From: Eubacteriales bacterium
GTDB lineage: Bacteria > Bacillota > Clostridia > Oscillospirales > CAG-382
Reading direction: 5' to 3'
NCBI GenBank assembly: GCA_045531135.1
Contig: JAZSDL010000026.1
Coordinates: 28,300-92,299, forward strand
Length of the DNA: 64,000 bases
Both the position numbers and the translations under genes were made by a program. Below the pieces are notes generated by a model. That model saw only the letters and a list, made by a program, of their open reading frames with translations. It was not told the DNA's origin and made no database searches. Below are positions 28,030 to 38,628 of this stretch, in pieces; position 1 is the first letter of the stretch; every line of letters starts with the position of its first letter.

Positions 28030-29388
28030 ATGATAGATACAAAAGATATTTTAGAAACAATAAATATGATACGGGATGAGAATCTCGATATCAGAACCGT
28101 CACCGTAGGTATATCTTTGTTTGATTGCGTAAGCGATGACAAGAACCGTTTTTTGAATAACATTTATAACAAGATAACAAAAACCGCCGAAAGATTAGTG
28201 CCCGTATGTAACGAAATCGAGAAGATGTACGGTATTCCGATCATCAACAAGCGCGTGTCCATAACTCCACTTTCTTTAGTCGGCGGTAAGCTTGACAGTG
28301 ATGGTTATGTCCGTGCAGCCCAGATACTCGACAAAGCCGCCGAGACACTCGGCATTAACTTTATCGGAGGATTCGGCGCATTGGTGCACAAGGGCTGTAC
28401 CGCATCCGACAACGCATTGATCGACGCAATACCCGAAGCGCTGGCTACTACCAATATGGTTTGTTCTTCGGTCAACGTCGCTACAACAAAAGCGGGCATT
28501 AATATGGATGCCATTGATAAAATGGGTTCGATAATCAAAAAAACAGCTTATCTTACCCGTGATAAAAACTCTATCGGCTGTGCAAAGCTTGTTGTTTTTG
28601 CCAATGTACCCGAAGACAACCCCTTTATGGCAGGTGCCTTCCACGGAGTCGGCGAGCCCGATTCGATCATTAACGTCGGCGTATCCGGTCCGGGCGTTGT
28701 AAGTTCCGCAATTAAAAGATCGGGCGACTGCAGTTTGAGCGAGCTTGCCGATGTAATCAAAAAGCAATCGTTCAAGATCACGCGTGTCGGACAGCTGGTC
28801 GCGCGCGAGGCATCAAATCGACTTGGAATCCCGTTTGGCATCGTCGATCTCTCCCTTGCACCTACTCCCGCTATCGGAGATTCGGTGGCCGATATTTTAG
28901 AAAGCATGGGACTTGCAACCTGCGGTGCTCACGGCACTACTGCCGCTTTGGCAATGCTCAACGATGCCGTTAAAAAGGGTGGCGTAATGGCATCCTCGCA
29001 CGTTGGCGGACTTTCCGGCGCGTTTATTCCCGTTTCGGAAGATGCAGGTATGATTGCCGCCGTTGAAAAGGGTGTACTTTCTATCGAAAAGCTTGAAGCA
29101 ATGACCGCTGTTTGCTCTGTCGGTCTTGATATGATCGCTGTTCCCGGCGACACAAGCGAAGCTGTCATTTGCGGAGTTATTGCCGATGAGATTTCAATCG
29201 GCGTTGCAAATACAAAAACAACCGCGGTCAGAATCATCCCCGCATATGGCAAAACAGTCGGAGATGCGGTTGATTTCGGAGGCCTGCTCGGAACTGCTCC
29301 GATTATGAGCTTACGTTCCGAATCACCGGAAGTTTTTATAAAACGCGGCGGCAGAATTCCTGCACCTATTCACAGTCTTAAAAATTAA
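28030..29388 (+). CDS. UPF0210 (DUF711/PFL-like) family protein
   Basis: About 452 aa. The N-terminus [24 protein letters not shown] and the overall length and composition are typical of UPF0210. ATG 28030 lies 7 nt after GGAG. Confidence 0.85.
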   Translation: MIDTKDILETINMIRDENLDIRTVTVGISLFDCVSDDKNRFLNNIYNKITKTAERLVPVCNEIEKMYGIPIINKRVSITPLSLVGGKLDSDGYVRAAQILDKAAETLGINFIGGFGALVHKGCTASDNALIDAIPEALATTNMVCSSVNVATTKAGINMDAIDKMGSIIKKTAYLTRDKNSIGCAKLVVFANVPEDNPFMAGAFHGVGEPDSIINVGVSGPGVVSSAIKRSGDCSLSELADVIKKQSFKITRVGQLVAREASNRLGIPFGIVDLSLAPTPAIGDSVADILESMGLATCGAHGTTAALAMLNDAVKKGGVMASSHVGGLSGAFIPVSEDAGMIAAVEKGVLSIEKLEAMTAVCSVGLDMIAVPGDTSEAVICGVIADEISIGVANTKTTAVRIIPAYGKTVGDAVDFGGLLGTAPIMSLRSESPEVFIKRGGRIPAPIHSLKN

Positions 29389-29412
29389 CTTCTCTTTTGG
29401 GAGGAATAAATC

Positions 29413-31362
29413 ATGAATAATAAATTTTATGTAACAACAGCAATAGCGTATACCTCAAAAAAACCCCACATAGGAAACGTTTACGAGGCAGTTCTTACCG
29501 ATGCTATTGCAAGATATAAACGCCTTCGCGGATATGACGTATTTTTCCTTACAGGAACCGATGAGCACGGCCAGAAGATCCAACAAGAAGCTGAATCCGC
29601 GGGAATCACTCCTCAGCAATATGTTGACAACATAGCCGGTCAGATAAAAGAAATATGGGCTCTTTTTAATATCAGCTATGATAAATTTATTCGCACGACA
29701 GACGAAGAACACGTTAAATGCGTGCAAAAGATATTCACAAAGCTCTATGAGCAGGGTGACATTTATAAGGGTTCATACGAGGGCAACTATTGCACCCCCT
29801 GTGAATCCTTTTGGACCGACACTCAGCTTGTAGACGGCAAATGTCCCGACTGCGGCAGAGAGTGCAAAAAAGCAAGCGAGGAAGCATATTTTCTTCGTAT
29901 GTCCAAGTATGCCGACAGACTTATAGAGTATTATAATTCGCACGATGAGTTTATCACTCCTGTTTCACGCAAAAATGAAATGATAAACAATTTTATAAAG
30001 CCCGGTCTTCAGGACCTTTGTGTTTCCAGAACAAGTTTTACATGGGGCATCCCCGTTGAGTTCGATTCCAAACACGTAACTTATGTGTGGCTTGATGCAC
30101 TTTCTAATTATATCACCGCCATCGGATACGATACCGAAAATCCGTCTGAGCTTTATAATAAGCTTTGGCCCGCTGATCTTCAGGTAATCGGCAAGGATAT
30201 TGTTCGTTTCCATACAATTTATTGGCCTATAATTCTTATGGCACTCGGTCTTCCTCTGCCTAAGCAGGTGCTCGGTCATCCTTGGCTTTTATTCGGCGAA
30301 GACAAAATGAGCAAATCAAAAGGTAATGTAATATACGGCGACGAGCTTATCGCAGAGTTCGGTCTTGATACCGTAAGACATTATCTTCTTGCCGAAATGG
30401 GCTATTATAACGACGGCAGTATCACTTATGAAAATCTCATTAAGCGTACTAACAGCGATCTTGCTAACGTACTCGGCAATCTTGTATCGCGTACGGGCGC
30501 AATGATCAAACAGTATTTTGGCGGGATCATCCCCGCAAACAACGGCAAGGACGACGAATATGCGGTTACTCTTAAGAACGCGGTTTGCGACGGTATCAAG
30601 GATGCAATTGCAAAGTACGATTCTTATTTGATCGCTGATGCAGATGCGGCAGTATTTAATACCATCAAGGCCTGCAACAAATATATCGACGAAACAACCC
30701 CTTGGGTGCTTGCAAAGGATCCAGATAAGAAGCAAGAGCTTGCAAACGTACTCTCCAACCTTGTTGAAAGCATACGTATCTGCAACGTTCTTCTTTATCC
30801 GCTTATACCCGATACTGCAGATAAGATAAATGCGATATTTAATGTTCCGTCTCTTGATTTTGATTCAGCTATCAAATACGGCTATTATTGCGAGGGAATA
30901 GAGCTTGGTGAAATCCCCATACTTTTTGCAAGAATAGACGAGAAGAAATACTTTGCAGAGCTTGAAAAGAAAGCAAAAGAAGCAAAGAAAAATGAAAAGA
31001 AATCCGAAAAGACCGAAAAGAAGCAACCTGAAACTCCTTCCGAAATCACTATTGACGACTTTGCAAAGGTCGATCTTCGCATCGGTCAGATCAAGGAGTG
31101 CGTAAAAGCCGAAAACAGTGATAAATTGCTTGTTCTTCAGCTTGATATGGGCTCCGAGATCAGACAGGTCGTTTCAGGTATTGCAAAATATTACACGCCC
31201 GACGAGCTCATCGGCAAAAAGGTTATAGTCGTATCGAACCTTAAGCCCGTCAAGCTTCGTGGCATCGACAGTAACGGTATGATCCTTGCAGCAGATACAG
31301 AAAACGGCGTAAAGGTCATTTTCGCCGATGAGAGTGCCACCCTCGGCAGTAAGGTCAGATAA
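29413..31362 (+). CDS. metG: methionine--tRNA ligase with C-terminal tRNA-binding (EMAP/Trbp111-like) domain
   Basis: HIGH motif appears as KPHIGNVYE, a zinc knuckle as CTPCESF...CPDCGRE, and KMSKS as KMSKSKGN. The C-terminus reads FAKVDLRIGQIKE...GMIL. Confidence 0.97.
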   Translation: MNNKFYVTTAIAYTSKKPHIGNVYEAVLTDAIARYKRLRGYDVFFLTGTDEHGQKIQQEAESAGITPQQYVDNIAGQIKEIWALFNISYDKFIRTTDEEHVKCVQKIFTKLYEQGDIYKGSYEGNYCTPCESFWTDTQLVDGKCPDCGRECKKASEEAYFLRMSKYADRLIEYYNSHDEFITPVSRKNEMINNFIKPGLQDLCVSRTSFTWGIPVEFDSKHVTYVWLDALSNYITAIGYDTENPSELYNKLWPADLQVIGKDIVRFHTIYWPIILMALGLPLPKQVLGHPWLLFGEDKMSKSKGNVIYGDELIAEFGLDTVRHYLLAEMGYYNDGSITYENLIKRTNSDLANVLGNLVSRTGAMIKQYFGGIIPANNGKDDEYAVTLKNAVCDGIKDAIAKYDSYLIADADAAVFNTIKACNKYIDETTPWVLAKDPDKKQELANVLSNLVESIRICNVLLYPLIPDTADKINAIFNVPSLDFDSAIKYGYYCEGIELGEIPILFARIDEKKYFAELEKKAKEAKKNEKKSEKTEKKQPETPSEITIDDFAKVDLRIGQIKECVKAENSDKLLVLQLDMGSEIRQVVSGIAKYYTPDELIGKKVIVVSNLKPVKLRGIDSNGMILAADTENGVKVIFADESATLGSKVR

Positions 31363-32117
31363 TGTTTGATATTCATGCCCATTACGATGACGAAGCATTT
31401 GATGCTGACAGGGGTATCCTACTTACTTCCCTTTTTGAAGAACAAAATATCACCGGCATTATAAATGCCGGTTGCAACGTCGAGAGCTCACTGTTTTCTG
31501 TTTCACTTGCTGAAAAATACGATAATATCTATGCCGCTGTCGGATTTCATCCCCAAGAGGTCGACAAGTTCGACGAAAAAGCGTTCGATATAATCAAGGA
31601 ACTCATAAAACATGACAAAGTCGTCGCAATCGGTGAGATCGGCCTTGATTATCATTGGGTAAGCGACAATAAAGAACTGCAAAAATCTGTTTTCAGAAAG
31701 CAGTTAGAGTTGGCTGTCGCGACAGATATGCCTGTTGTCATACACGAAAGAGATGCCGTAGCCGATTGCTTGGATATTGTTCTTGATTACAATGTTCGCG
31801 GTGTATTTCACGCTTTTTCGGGTAGCAAGGAAACCGCAGAGATACTTCTCAAGCGAGGTTGGTATATTTCTTTCCCGGGGACAGTCACATTCAAAAACGC
31901 TCGTTATCCCGTTGAAAACGCATCTTTTGTACCCGAGGACAGAATGCTTGTCGAAACAGATGCACCGTATCTCACTGCGCACCCCTTCAGAGGTAAGCGA
32001 AACGACAGCGGTTATATGAAATATACAATCGAAAAGATTGCCGAGATCAGAAATACAACCATTGAACATATCGAAAGAGTTACTGAAGAAAATGCAAAAA
32101 GACTTTTTGGGATCTAA
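31362..32117 (+). CDS. tatD: TatD family metal-dependent hydrolase (YabD-like)
   Basis: FDIHAHYDD, GEIGLDYHW, VIHERDA and ETDAPYL. The start overlaps the metG stop by 1 nt (TAATG). Confidence 0.9.
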   Translation: MFDIHAHYDDEAFDADRGILLTSLFEEQNITGIINAGCNVESSLFSVSLAEKYDNIYAAVGFHPQEVDKFDEKAFDIIKELIKHDKVVAIGEIGLDYHWVSDNKELQKSVFRKQLELAVATDMPVVIHERDAVADCLDIVLDYNVRGVFHAFSGSKETAEILLKRGWYISFPGTVTFKNARYPVENASFVPEDRMLVETDAPYLTAHPFRGKRNDSGYMKYTIEKIAEIRNTTIEHIERVTEENAKRLFGI

Positions 32118-32754
32118 AAACCGTTCAAATACGTTTGCGTACATTGTCGGTGATAATATATATCTTAATATCACCAACCGCTGTACAAATGACTGCACCT
32201 TTTGCTTAAGGAACAACGGCGATGCGGCATACGGAAGCGATCCATTGTGGCTCGAGCACGAACCGACGGCAGAAGAGGTTTTAAACCAGGTCAAAAGCAT
32301 TTATTTTGATAACTGCCAAAGCTTTGTTTTCTGCGGTTACGGCGAGCCCACGTGCCGTTTTCAGACCTTAATCGAAACTGCAAAAATGCTCAAAGCTGAT
32401 TATCCCGGCATACCGATTCGTTTAAACACCAACGGTCAAAGCGAGCTGATCAATTCAGCAGATCAAACTAACGAGTTATTCGGGTTAATCGATAGCGTTT
32501 CGATCAGTATGAACAGTTCTAACGAAAACGACTATGATACACTCTGCCACTCCGTTTTCGGAAAGAAAGCGTTTTCGTCCATGATCGAATTTGCCAAGCA
32601 TTGTGTGGGTAATATCCCCAACGTTCAGTTTTCGGTTGTAAAAGAAACCTTATCAGAAGATGACATCCGAAAATGCAGCGATATTGCCGCAAGAATCGGA
32701 GCAAAACTGCGAGTTCGTAAGTTCATTAGCGAAAACGACAAAAACCCCGAATGA
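32092..32754 (+). CDS. TatD-associated radical SAM protein
   Basis: NITNRCTNDCTFCLRN is a CxxxCxxC cluster. It is followed by FCGYGEPT. The start is uncertain: ATG 32092 gives a 26-nt overlap with tatD, and the ORF is open from 32038. Confidence 0.8.
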   Translation: MQKDFLGSKNRSNTFAYIVGDNIYLNITNRCTNDCTFCLRNNGDAAYGSDPLWLEHEPTAEEVLNQVKSIYFDNCQSFVFCGYGEPTCRFQTLIETAKMLKADYPGIPIRLNTNGQSELINSADQTNELFGLIDSVSISMNSSNENDYDTLCHSVFGKKAFSSMIEFAKHCVGNIPNVQFSVVKETLSEDDIRKCSDIAARIGAKLRVRKFISENDKNPE

Positions 32755-32854
32755 AAACTCTTTCAATTTTCAAATAATCACAATTGTAATTTTTCACCAA
32801 AAGGTATAAACTACTATACGGTGAATAAATAAAAATTTATGGAGGACTTTTAAA

Positions 32855-33889
32855 ATGTCTGTAAAAGTTGCTATTAACGGCTTTGGCCGTATCGGCCGTC
32901 TTGCTTTCCGCCAGATGGTTGACGCTGAGGGTTATGAAGTTGTTGCGATCAACGACCTCACCAGCCCCAAGATGCTTGCTCACCTTCTCAAGTATGATAC
33001 CGCACAGGGCGGTTTCTGCGGCAAGCTCGGCACTACTCCCGCACACACCGTTTCCGCTACCGAAGATTCCATCATCGTTGACGGTAAGGAAATCAAGATC
33101 TACGCTGAAAAGGATGCAGCTAACTGCCCTTGGAAGGCACTCGATGTAGACGTAGTTCTCGAATGCACCGGCTTCTACACCTCTAAGGAAAAGGCATCTG
33201 CTCACATCACCGCAGGCGCTAAGAAGGTAGTTATCTCTGCTCCCGCAGGCAACGATCTTCCTACCATCGTTTACAATGTAAACAATGAAACTCTTACTGC
33301 AGAAGACACCGTTATCTCGGCTGCTTCCTGCACCACCAACTGCCTCGCTCCCATGGCTAAGGCACTTAATGACTATGCTGCAATTCAGAGCGGTATCATG
33401 ACCACCGTTCACGCATACACCGGCGACCAGATGATCCTCGACGGTCCTCAGAGAAAGGGCGACCTCAGAAGATTCAGAGCAGGCGCGATGAACATCGTTC
33501 CCAACAGCACCGGCGCTGCTAAGGCAATCGGTCTTGTTATCCCCGAGCTCAACGGTAAGCTCATCGGTTCCGCTCAGCGTATTCCTACCTGCACCGGCTC
33601 CACCACCATCCTTATCGCTGTTGTTAAGGGCGCTGACATCACCAAGGACGGCATCAATGCTGCTATGAAGGCAGCCGCTACCGAATCCTTCGGTTACTCT
33701 GATGAAGAACTCGTATCCTCCGACATCATCGGTATGACCTACGGTTCTCTCTTCGATGCAACTCAGACCATGGTATCCAAGGTTGACGACGATACCTATC
33801 AGGTACAGGTTGTTTCGTGGTACGACAACGAGAACTCCTACGTTTCTCAGATGGTTCGTACTATCAAGTACTTCGCAGAGCTCAACTAA
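32855..33889 (+). CDS. gap: type I glyceraldehyde-3-phosphate dehydrogenase
   Basis: INGFGRIGR is the NAD-binding motif and SCTTNCLAP is the catalytic Cys motif, with WYDNE near the C-terminus. A GGAGG RBS precedes the start. Confidence 0.97.
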   Translation: MSVKVAINGFGRIGRLAFRQMVDAEGYEVVAINDLTSPKMLAHLLKYDTAQGGFCGKLGTTPAHTVSATEDSIIVDGKEIKIYAEKDAANCPWKALDVDVVLECTGFYTSKEKASAHITAGAKKVVISAPAGNDLPTIVYNVNNETLTAEDTVISAASCTTNCLAPMAKALNDYAAIQSGIMTTVHAYTGDQMILDGPQRKGDLRRFRAGAMNIVPNSTGAAKAIGLVIPELNGKLIGSAQRIPTCTGSTTILIAVVKGADITKDGINAAMKAAATESFGYSDEELVSSDIIGMTYGSLFDATQTMVSKVDDDTYQVQVVSWYDNENSYVSQMVRTIKYFAELN

Positions 33890-33900
33890 TTCAGTTGCGT

Positions 33901-33932
33901 AAAAAAGGACACCGCTCGGTGTCCTTTTTTTA
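33901..33932. terminator. bidirectional rho-independent terminator
   Basis: Stem GGACACC/GGTGTCC with loop GCTC. An A6 run lies upstream and a T7 run downstream. It sits between convergent gap and rhaD. Confidence 0.85.
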
Positions 33933-33935
33933 TTC

Positions 33936-34733
33936 TCAAAACTGCCGCAGCTCAAAACCATAAGTTGCTGCAGTTATTTTTTGCTGTTCTTCGGTAATCG
34001 TGCCAATTGGATTTTGCCCGCTTGAAATAACCTTTAATTTAATCTCCGCCGCCTTCTCAATCGCATGCACCAAACCAAATGCAGATGTAATGCTGTCACC
34101 CGATGCAAAAATCCCGTGATTAGACCACAAAACCGCGTTGTATTCCTTTATCTTATCGGCGGTTTGGTTGGCAAGCTCAAGACTGCCGGGCACACAAAAT
34201 CCAACGACTCCAATACCCTCGGGAAATACAAAAGCACATTCGGTTTCGCTTTCCCACAATGCATTAGACATCGCCTTGTCACTTTGAGGAATAATATACG
34301 ACAAAGCAACAAGATTTGCCGGATGGCAATGATACACCGCCCTGCCTCCGATACGTTTTTTTAATTCCCCAAGTGACATCAAATGACCGCACAGCTCGCT
34401 GGTGGGCTTATTTCCGCCCCACACTATACGATACGATGCACCGTCACCTGATATCTCACAAATACAAAACTTTGCTTCTGCGTCGTTTTGGATGTCGATA
34501 AAATAACTCCCCGAAACGGTAGTGAATACAAGCTCATTTGACATTTCGGGAACCGATACGGCCAATTCGGTCCAAGCGCTTGAATAATCGAGCGAATCTT
34601 CTATTCCCGCAATCTCGTCATTATTTAATCTCAGAGAAATATTACCGGCATTGCGCTCGTGCCAGCCGTATTGACAACCATAACCGATAAACCGCAACGC
34701 CTCTTTAAAAAATACAGTTTCTGTTACTCTCAT
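33936..34733 (-). CDS. rhaD: rhamnulose-1-phosphate aldolase (class II aldolase/adducin family)
   Basis: GWHERNAGNISLRL, PTSEL, HCHPANLVAL, ECAFVFPEGIGVV and WSNHGIFASG. These blocks are collinear with my recollection of E. coli RhaD. Confidence 0.82.
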   Translation of the reverse strand: MRVTETVFFKEALRFIGYGCQYGWHERNAGNISLRLNNDEIAGIEDSLDYSSAWTELAVSVPEMSNELVFTTVSGSYFIDIQNDAEAKFCICEISGDGASYRIVWGGNKPTSELCGHLMSLGELKKRIGGRAVYHCHPANLVALSYIIPQSDKAMSNALWESETECAFVFPEGIGVVGFCVPGSLELANQTADKIKEYNAVLWSNHGIFASGDSITSAFGLVHAIEKAAEIKLKVISSGQNPIGTITEEQQKITAATYGFELRQF

Positions 34734-34735
34734 AA

Positions 34736-35359
34736 TTATTTCAATTCATCAATAAATTTAAATAATACCGGTGTAAGCGCATCCGCAATCAGCTTCTTCC
34801 CCGCTTCATCGGGATGAACGCCGTCGTTTGACAAAACCTCACAAGGAACACCGTCAACCGTAGCCGAAACGAACATTCCGTCAAGAGGAACAAAAGCATC
34901 AGCATACTTCATAGCCATTGTTCTGATAAAATCGATCTTTTCGTTGAGATCCTTGCGCATATGATCCAAACCGCGATTATAAACCAAAAACGGCTCCATA
35001 AGAATCAACTTTGCTTTTGTTTCATTTTTAATGCGTTGTAATATTTTCTCATACAACTCGCAAAATTGCTCAAAAGTTTTTTTATCGTGTCCCGAAAAAA
35101 GATGCCAAGTATCATTCAAGCCAAGTAACAGCGTAACGATATCGGGTTGAAGATCAATCAGATCCGGCTCGATTCTTGCAATAAAGTTATCGGTCCTGTT
35201 CCCGCTGATGCCTTTATTAATAAACTCAAATTCAGTTTCGGGATATTGTCTTTTGATATTTTCTACCGTATAAACAACGTATCCCTCGCCAAGACTGGCT
35301 ATATTGTTATAATCTCTTTTCCAATCGGTGATACTGTCACCCTGAAACAATATGCGCAT
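34736..35359 (-). CDS. SGNH/GDSL hydrolase
   Basis: MRILFQGDSITD is block I and LLGLNDT is block III, with DGVHPDEAG as the DxxH block V. The start was moved to ATG 35359, which follows GGAGG. Confidence 0.85.
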   Translation of the reverse strand: MRILFQGDSITDWKRDYNNIASLGEGYVVYTVENIKRQYPETEFEFINKGISGNRTDNFIARIEPDLIDLQPDIVTLLLGLNDTWHLFSGHDKKTFEQFCELYEKILQRIKNETKAKLILMEPFLVYNRGLDHMRKDLNEKIDFIRTMAMKYADAFVPLDGMFVSATVDGVPCEVLSNDGVHPDEAGKKLIADALTPVLFKFIDELK

Positions 35360-35469
35360 AACTTTACCTCCGTAAATCATATCGTAAGCATATTTTACCA
35401 TACTATAAAACCGTTTTCAAGTATAAATGCAAAGACCATCGGTGTTCCGATGGTCTTTTAAAACGCTTA

Positions 35470-36885
35470 TTATTTAACCTCGCGGATGTTTACGTTATAC
35501 TTAACGCCGGAGGCATTTGCAAGTGCCTGTTCAACAACAAAGCCCTCGTCTCTCTTATCAAAGAACTTGAGAGCAACCTGATCAAACAACGCATAGGAGA
35601 GAACGTCCTCTTCCTGCTTTGCCTTATCGCCGAGCTTAGCTCTGAGACTATCAAGTTCGGGAGCGATATCGTCTGCAGGACGGCCGGTGATCTGCTTTTC
35701 ATCGCCGATGATCTTCTTAACGAACTCGGGATCGATGGGGCACGGAGTTTTACCGTAGTCGCCTCTTACCAAGCCCTTGAATTCTTTGGTGACGTTCTTA
35801 TATCTTTCGCCCATAAGAACGTTAAACACTGCCTGAGTGCCAACGATCTGCGAAGAGGGAGTAACCAAAGGAGGATTACCTGCATCCTCTCTTACGCGAG
35901 GAACTTCCTCAAGAACCTCCTGAAGCTTATCGCTCGCACCGGCTTGCTTAAGCTGAGAAAGAAGGTTAGAGAGCATTCCGCCGGGAACCTGATACATCAA
36001 AGCGTTTACGTTAACCTTAAGAAGCTTGGGATCAAGAAGACCGTTAGCGATATACTTCTCACGTAGAGCATCAAAATGCTTGGAGATCTTATCAAGCTGA
36101 GCAAGGTCGATGCCCGTATCGTAGGGAGTGCCCTGAAGTGTTGCTACGATCGGCTCGGTCGCGGGCTGAGAAGTACCCAATGCAAGAGGAGAAAGTGCAC
36201 AGTCAACAACGTCAACGCCTGCCTCGATTGCCTTAAGAACAGTCATGGAAGCGAGACCGCTGGTGTAGTGAGTATGAAGCTGAACGGGAATATTCACGAG
36301 AGATTTAATAGCAGTTACGAGATCGTATGCATCATAGGGCTTCAAAAGACCGGACATATCCTTGATACAGATACTGTCAGCGCCCATTTCTTCAAGTTCC
36401 TTTGCATACTTTGCAAAGTACTCGTTAGAAAACACAGGACCGGTGGTATAGCATACACACGCCTGTACGTGTCCCTTTTCCTTCTTGGTTGCATTTATAG
36501 CGGTCTTGAGGTTTCTGGGATCGTTAAGTGCATCGAAAATACGGATGATATCCATACCGTTAGCAATACACTTCTGTACGAAATACTCAACAACATCATC
36601 AGCGTAATGTCTGTAGCCGAGAATATTCTGACCTCTGAAGAGCATCTGAAGAGGTGTGTTGGGGCACTTATCCTTAATGGTACGGAGTCTCTGCCAGGGA
36701 TCCTCATTAAGGAATCTCAAGCAGGAATCAAAGGTAGCGCCGCCCCATGCCTCAAGAGAGTTATAACCAACCTTATCAAGCTCGGGAAGGATCTCGAGCA
36801 TTTCATCGGTCGTCATTCTGGTAGCGATAAGCGACTGATGCGAGTCACGTAAAATAGTTTCTGTAATTTTAACTTGTTTAGCCAT
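35470..36885 (-). CDS. oxaloacetate decarboxylase alpha-type carboxyltransferase (5S/PycB-like) lacking a biotinyl domain
   Basis: ITETILRDSHQSL (the HMGL-like TIM barrel start), IKDMSGLL and LHTHYTSG. At 471 aa the protein ends without an AMKM biotin module. Confidence 0.9.
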   Translation of the reverse strand: MAKQVKITETILRDSHQSLIATRMTTDEMLEILPELDKVGYNSLEAWGGATFDSCLRFLNEDPWQRLRTIKDKCPNTPLQMLFRGQNILGYRHYADDVVEYFVQKCIANGMDIIRIFDALNDPRNLKTAINATKKEKGHVQACVCYTTGPVFSNEYFAKYAKELEEMGADSICIKDMSGLLKPYDAYDLVTAIKSLVNIPVQLHTHYTSGLASMTVLKAIEAGVDVVDCALSPLALGTSQPATEPIVATLQGTPYDTGIDLAQLDKISKHFDALREKYIANGLLDPKLLKVNVNALMYQVPGGMLSNLLSQLKQAGASDKLQEVLEEVPRVREDAGNPPLVTPSSQIVGTQAVFNVLMGERYKNVTKEFKGLVRGDYGKTPCPIDPEFVKKIIGDEKQITGRPADDIAPELDSLRAKLGDKAKQEEDVLSYALFDQVALKFFDKRDEGFVVEQALANASGVKYNVNIREVK

Positions 36886-36906
36886 TTTATTTCACCTTTC
36901 CGTAAT

Positions 36907-38133
36907 TTAACTGAACATCGCAAGGAACACACCTGCAGCTACGGCAGAACCAATAACACCTGCAACGTTGGGGCCCATTGCGTGCATAAGAAGAAAGTTC
37001 GAAGGATTTTCTTTCTGACCGACCATTTGAGAAACACGTGCCGCCATAGGAACAGCAGAAACGCCCGCGGAACCGATAAGCGGATTGATCTTACCACCTG
37101 TAATAAAGCACATGATCTTGCCGAAAATAACGCCGCCGAGTGTTGCAACGGCAAAAGCGCAGAGACCAAGACAGATGATCAAAAGCGTCTGAAGCTTAAG
37201 GAAGTTCGCCGCATTTGCAGTAGCACCGACGGAAACACCAAGAAGGATAGTAACAATGTTCATAAGCTCGTTCTGAGCGGTCTTGGAAAGTCTGTCTGCA
37301 ACGCCGCAAACTTTGAGAAGGTTACCTAGCATAAGCATACCGACGAGTGCCGCAGCAGAAGGAAGAATAATACTTACTACAAGTGCAACGACGATCGGGA
37401 AAATGATTTCCTCGGTCTTGGATACGTTACGGAGCTGTCCCATCACAATCTGACGTTCTTTTTTGGAAGTAAACGCCTTCATTATTGGGGGCTGAATAAA
37501 AGGAACGAGAGCCATATAAGAATATGCGGCAATCGCAATAGCACCAAGAAGATTTGGTGCCAATGTCTTGGTAACGTAAATAGCGGTAGGACCGTCAGCG
37601 CCGCCGATTATACCGATAGATGCAGCCTCTTCAAGAGTAAATGCACCGGAAACGATTGCGCCGAAGAAGGCAGCGAATACACCAAGCTGTGCAGCCGCAC
37701 CAAGAAGAAGACTCTTGGGATTTGCGATAAGAGGTTTAAAGTCGGTCATAGCACCAACACCAAGGAATATAAGAGGCGGATAAATACCGAGCTTTACACC
37801 GAGGTACAAATAGTCAATCAGGCCACCGCCGTTAGCAAGCGCTTCCCAATTGATATGGCCTGTTTCATTAATGAAGATATCGCTATGATAGACAGCATCA
37901 CCGATAGGACCGGGGATATTAACAAGCAACATACCAAACGCTATAGGAAGGAGCAAAAGCGGTTCAAATTTCTTGACAATAGCCAAATAGAACAGTAAGC
38001 AAGCAATAGCAAGCATAATGATCGTGCCAAAGTCAAAACTGGACTTAAGGCCGAAATATTCAAAAGGTACTTCGGCATTATATAAATTACCAAATCCGGA
38101 TTGTTCAAACAATCCCTTCAATGCTTCAAACAT
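36907..38133 (-). CDS. Na+-translocating decarboxylase beta subunit (OadB/MmdB/GcdB family)
   Basis: 408-aa polytopic protein. Motifs are [25 protein letters not shown] and [13 protein letters not shown]. Confidence 0.93.
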   Translation of the reverse strand: MFEALKGLFEQSGFGNLYNAEVPFEYFGLKSSFDFGTIIMLAIACLLFYLAIVKKFEPLLLLPIAFGMLLVNIPGPIGDAVYHSDIFINETGHINWEALANGGGLIDYLYLGVKLGIYPPLIFLGVGAMTDFKPLIANPKSLLLGAAAQLGVFAAFFGAIVSGAFTLEEAASIGIIGGADGPTAIYVTKTLAPNLLGAIAIAAYSYMALVPFIQPPIMKAFTSKKERQIVMGQLRNVSKTEEIIFPIVVALVVSIILPSAAALVGMLMLGNLLKVCGVADRLSKTAQNELMNIVTILLGVSVGATANAANFLKLQTLLIICLGLCAFAVATLGGVIFGKIMCFITGGKINPLIGSAGVSAVPMAARVSQMVGQKENPSNFLLMHAMGPNVAGVIGSAVAAGVFLAMFS

Positions 38134-38174
38134 AATATAACACCTTTCTTAATTTTCGTATCGGAGCTAATTGA

Positions 38175-38387
38175 TTAACCTATTACGAAAAGAAGATCGC
38201 CGGTGTTAACAGAAGAACCCTTGGTTGCGGAAACAGATGCAACGGTACCGTCAACAGGAGAAACGATTTCATTTTCCATCTTCATCGCTTCGAGAATACA
38301 AAGGATATCTCCCTTCTTAACAGTAGCGCCTGCAGAAACCTTTACATCAAGAACGTTACCTGGGAGAGGTGCAACAACCTTTTCGCC
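38175..38387 (-). repeat. biotinyl-domain coding repeat, copy 1 (about 80% nt identity by eye to 38629..38841)
   Basis: The encoded C-terminal 70 aa ([18 protein letters not shown]...[10 protein letters not shown]...[13 protein letters not shown]) is near-identical to the C-terminus of the upstream gene. Confidence 0.8.
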
Positions 38388-38567
38388 ACTGGCAGGAGCA
38401 GCCGCAGGTGCGGGTGTTGCAGCGGGTGCGGGTGCAGTTGCAGGAGCAGGAGCCGCAGCGGGTGCGGGTGCTGCTACGGGAGCAGTATAATTTGCGCCGA
38501 GCGCTGCTTCTTCAACGATAACTTCATATCCTGTGCCATTTACGGTCACGATATACTTTTTAGTCAT
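38175..38567 (-). CDS. stand-alone biotin carboxyl carrier protein with Ala/Pro linker
   Basis: 130 aa. A linker rich in Ala and Pro precedes a biotinyl domain carrying EAMKMENEI. Confidence 0.85.
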   Translation of the reverse strand: MTKKYIVTVNGTGYEVIVEEAALGANYTAPVAAPAPAAAPAPATAPAPAATPAPAAAPASGEKVVAPLPGNVLDVKVSAGATVKKGDILCILEAMKMENEIVSPVDGTVASVSATKGSSVNTGDLLFVIG

Positions 38568-38628
38568 AATAAATAATCTCCTTGAATTTATAATTTTTTA
38601 TGATTGAAATTTCTTAATAGATTGGCTG

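Noticed and set aside
32837-33961. A 374-aa ORF on the minus strand.
   Set aside because: It is antisense to gap and is a shadow frame of a codon-biased gene. The bidirectional terminator at 33901-33932 lies inside it.
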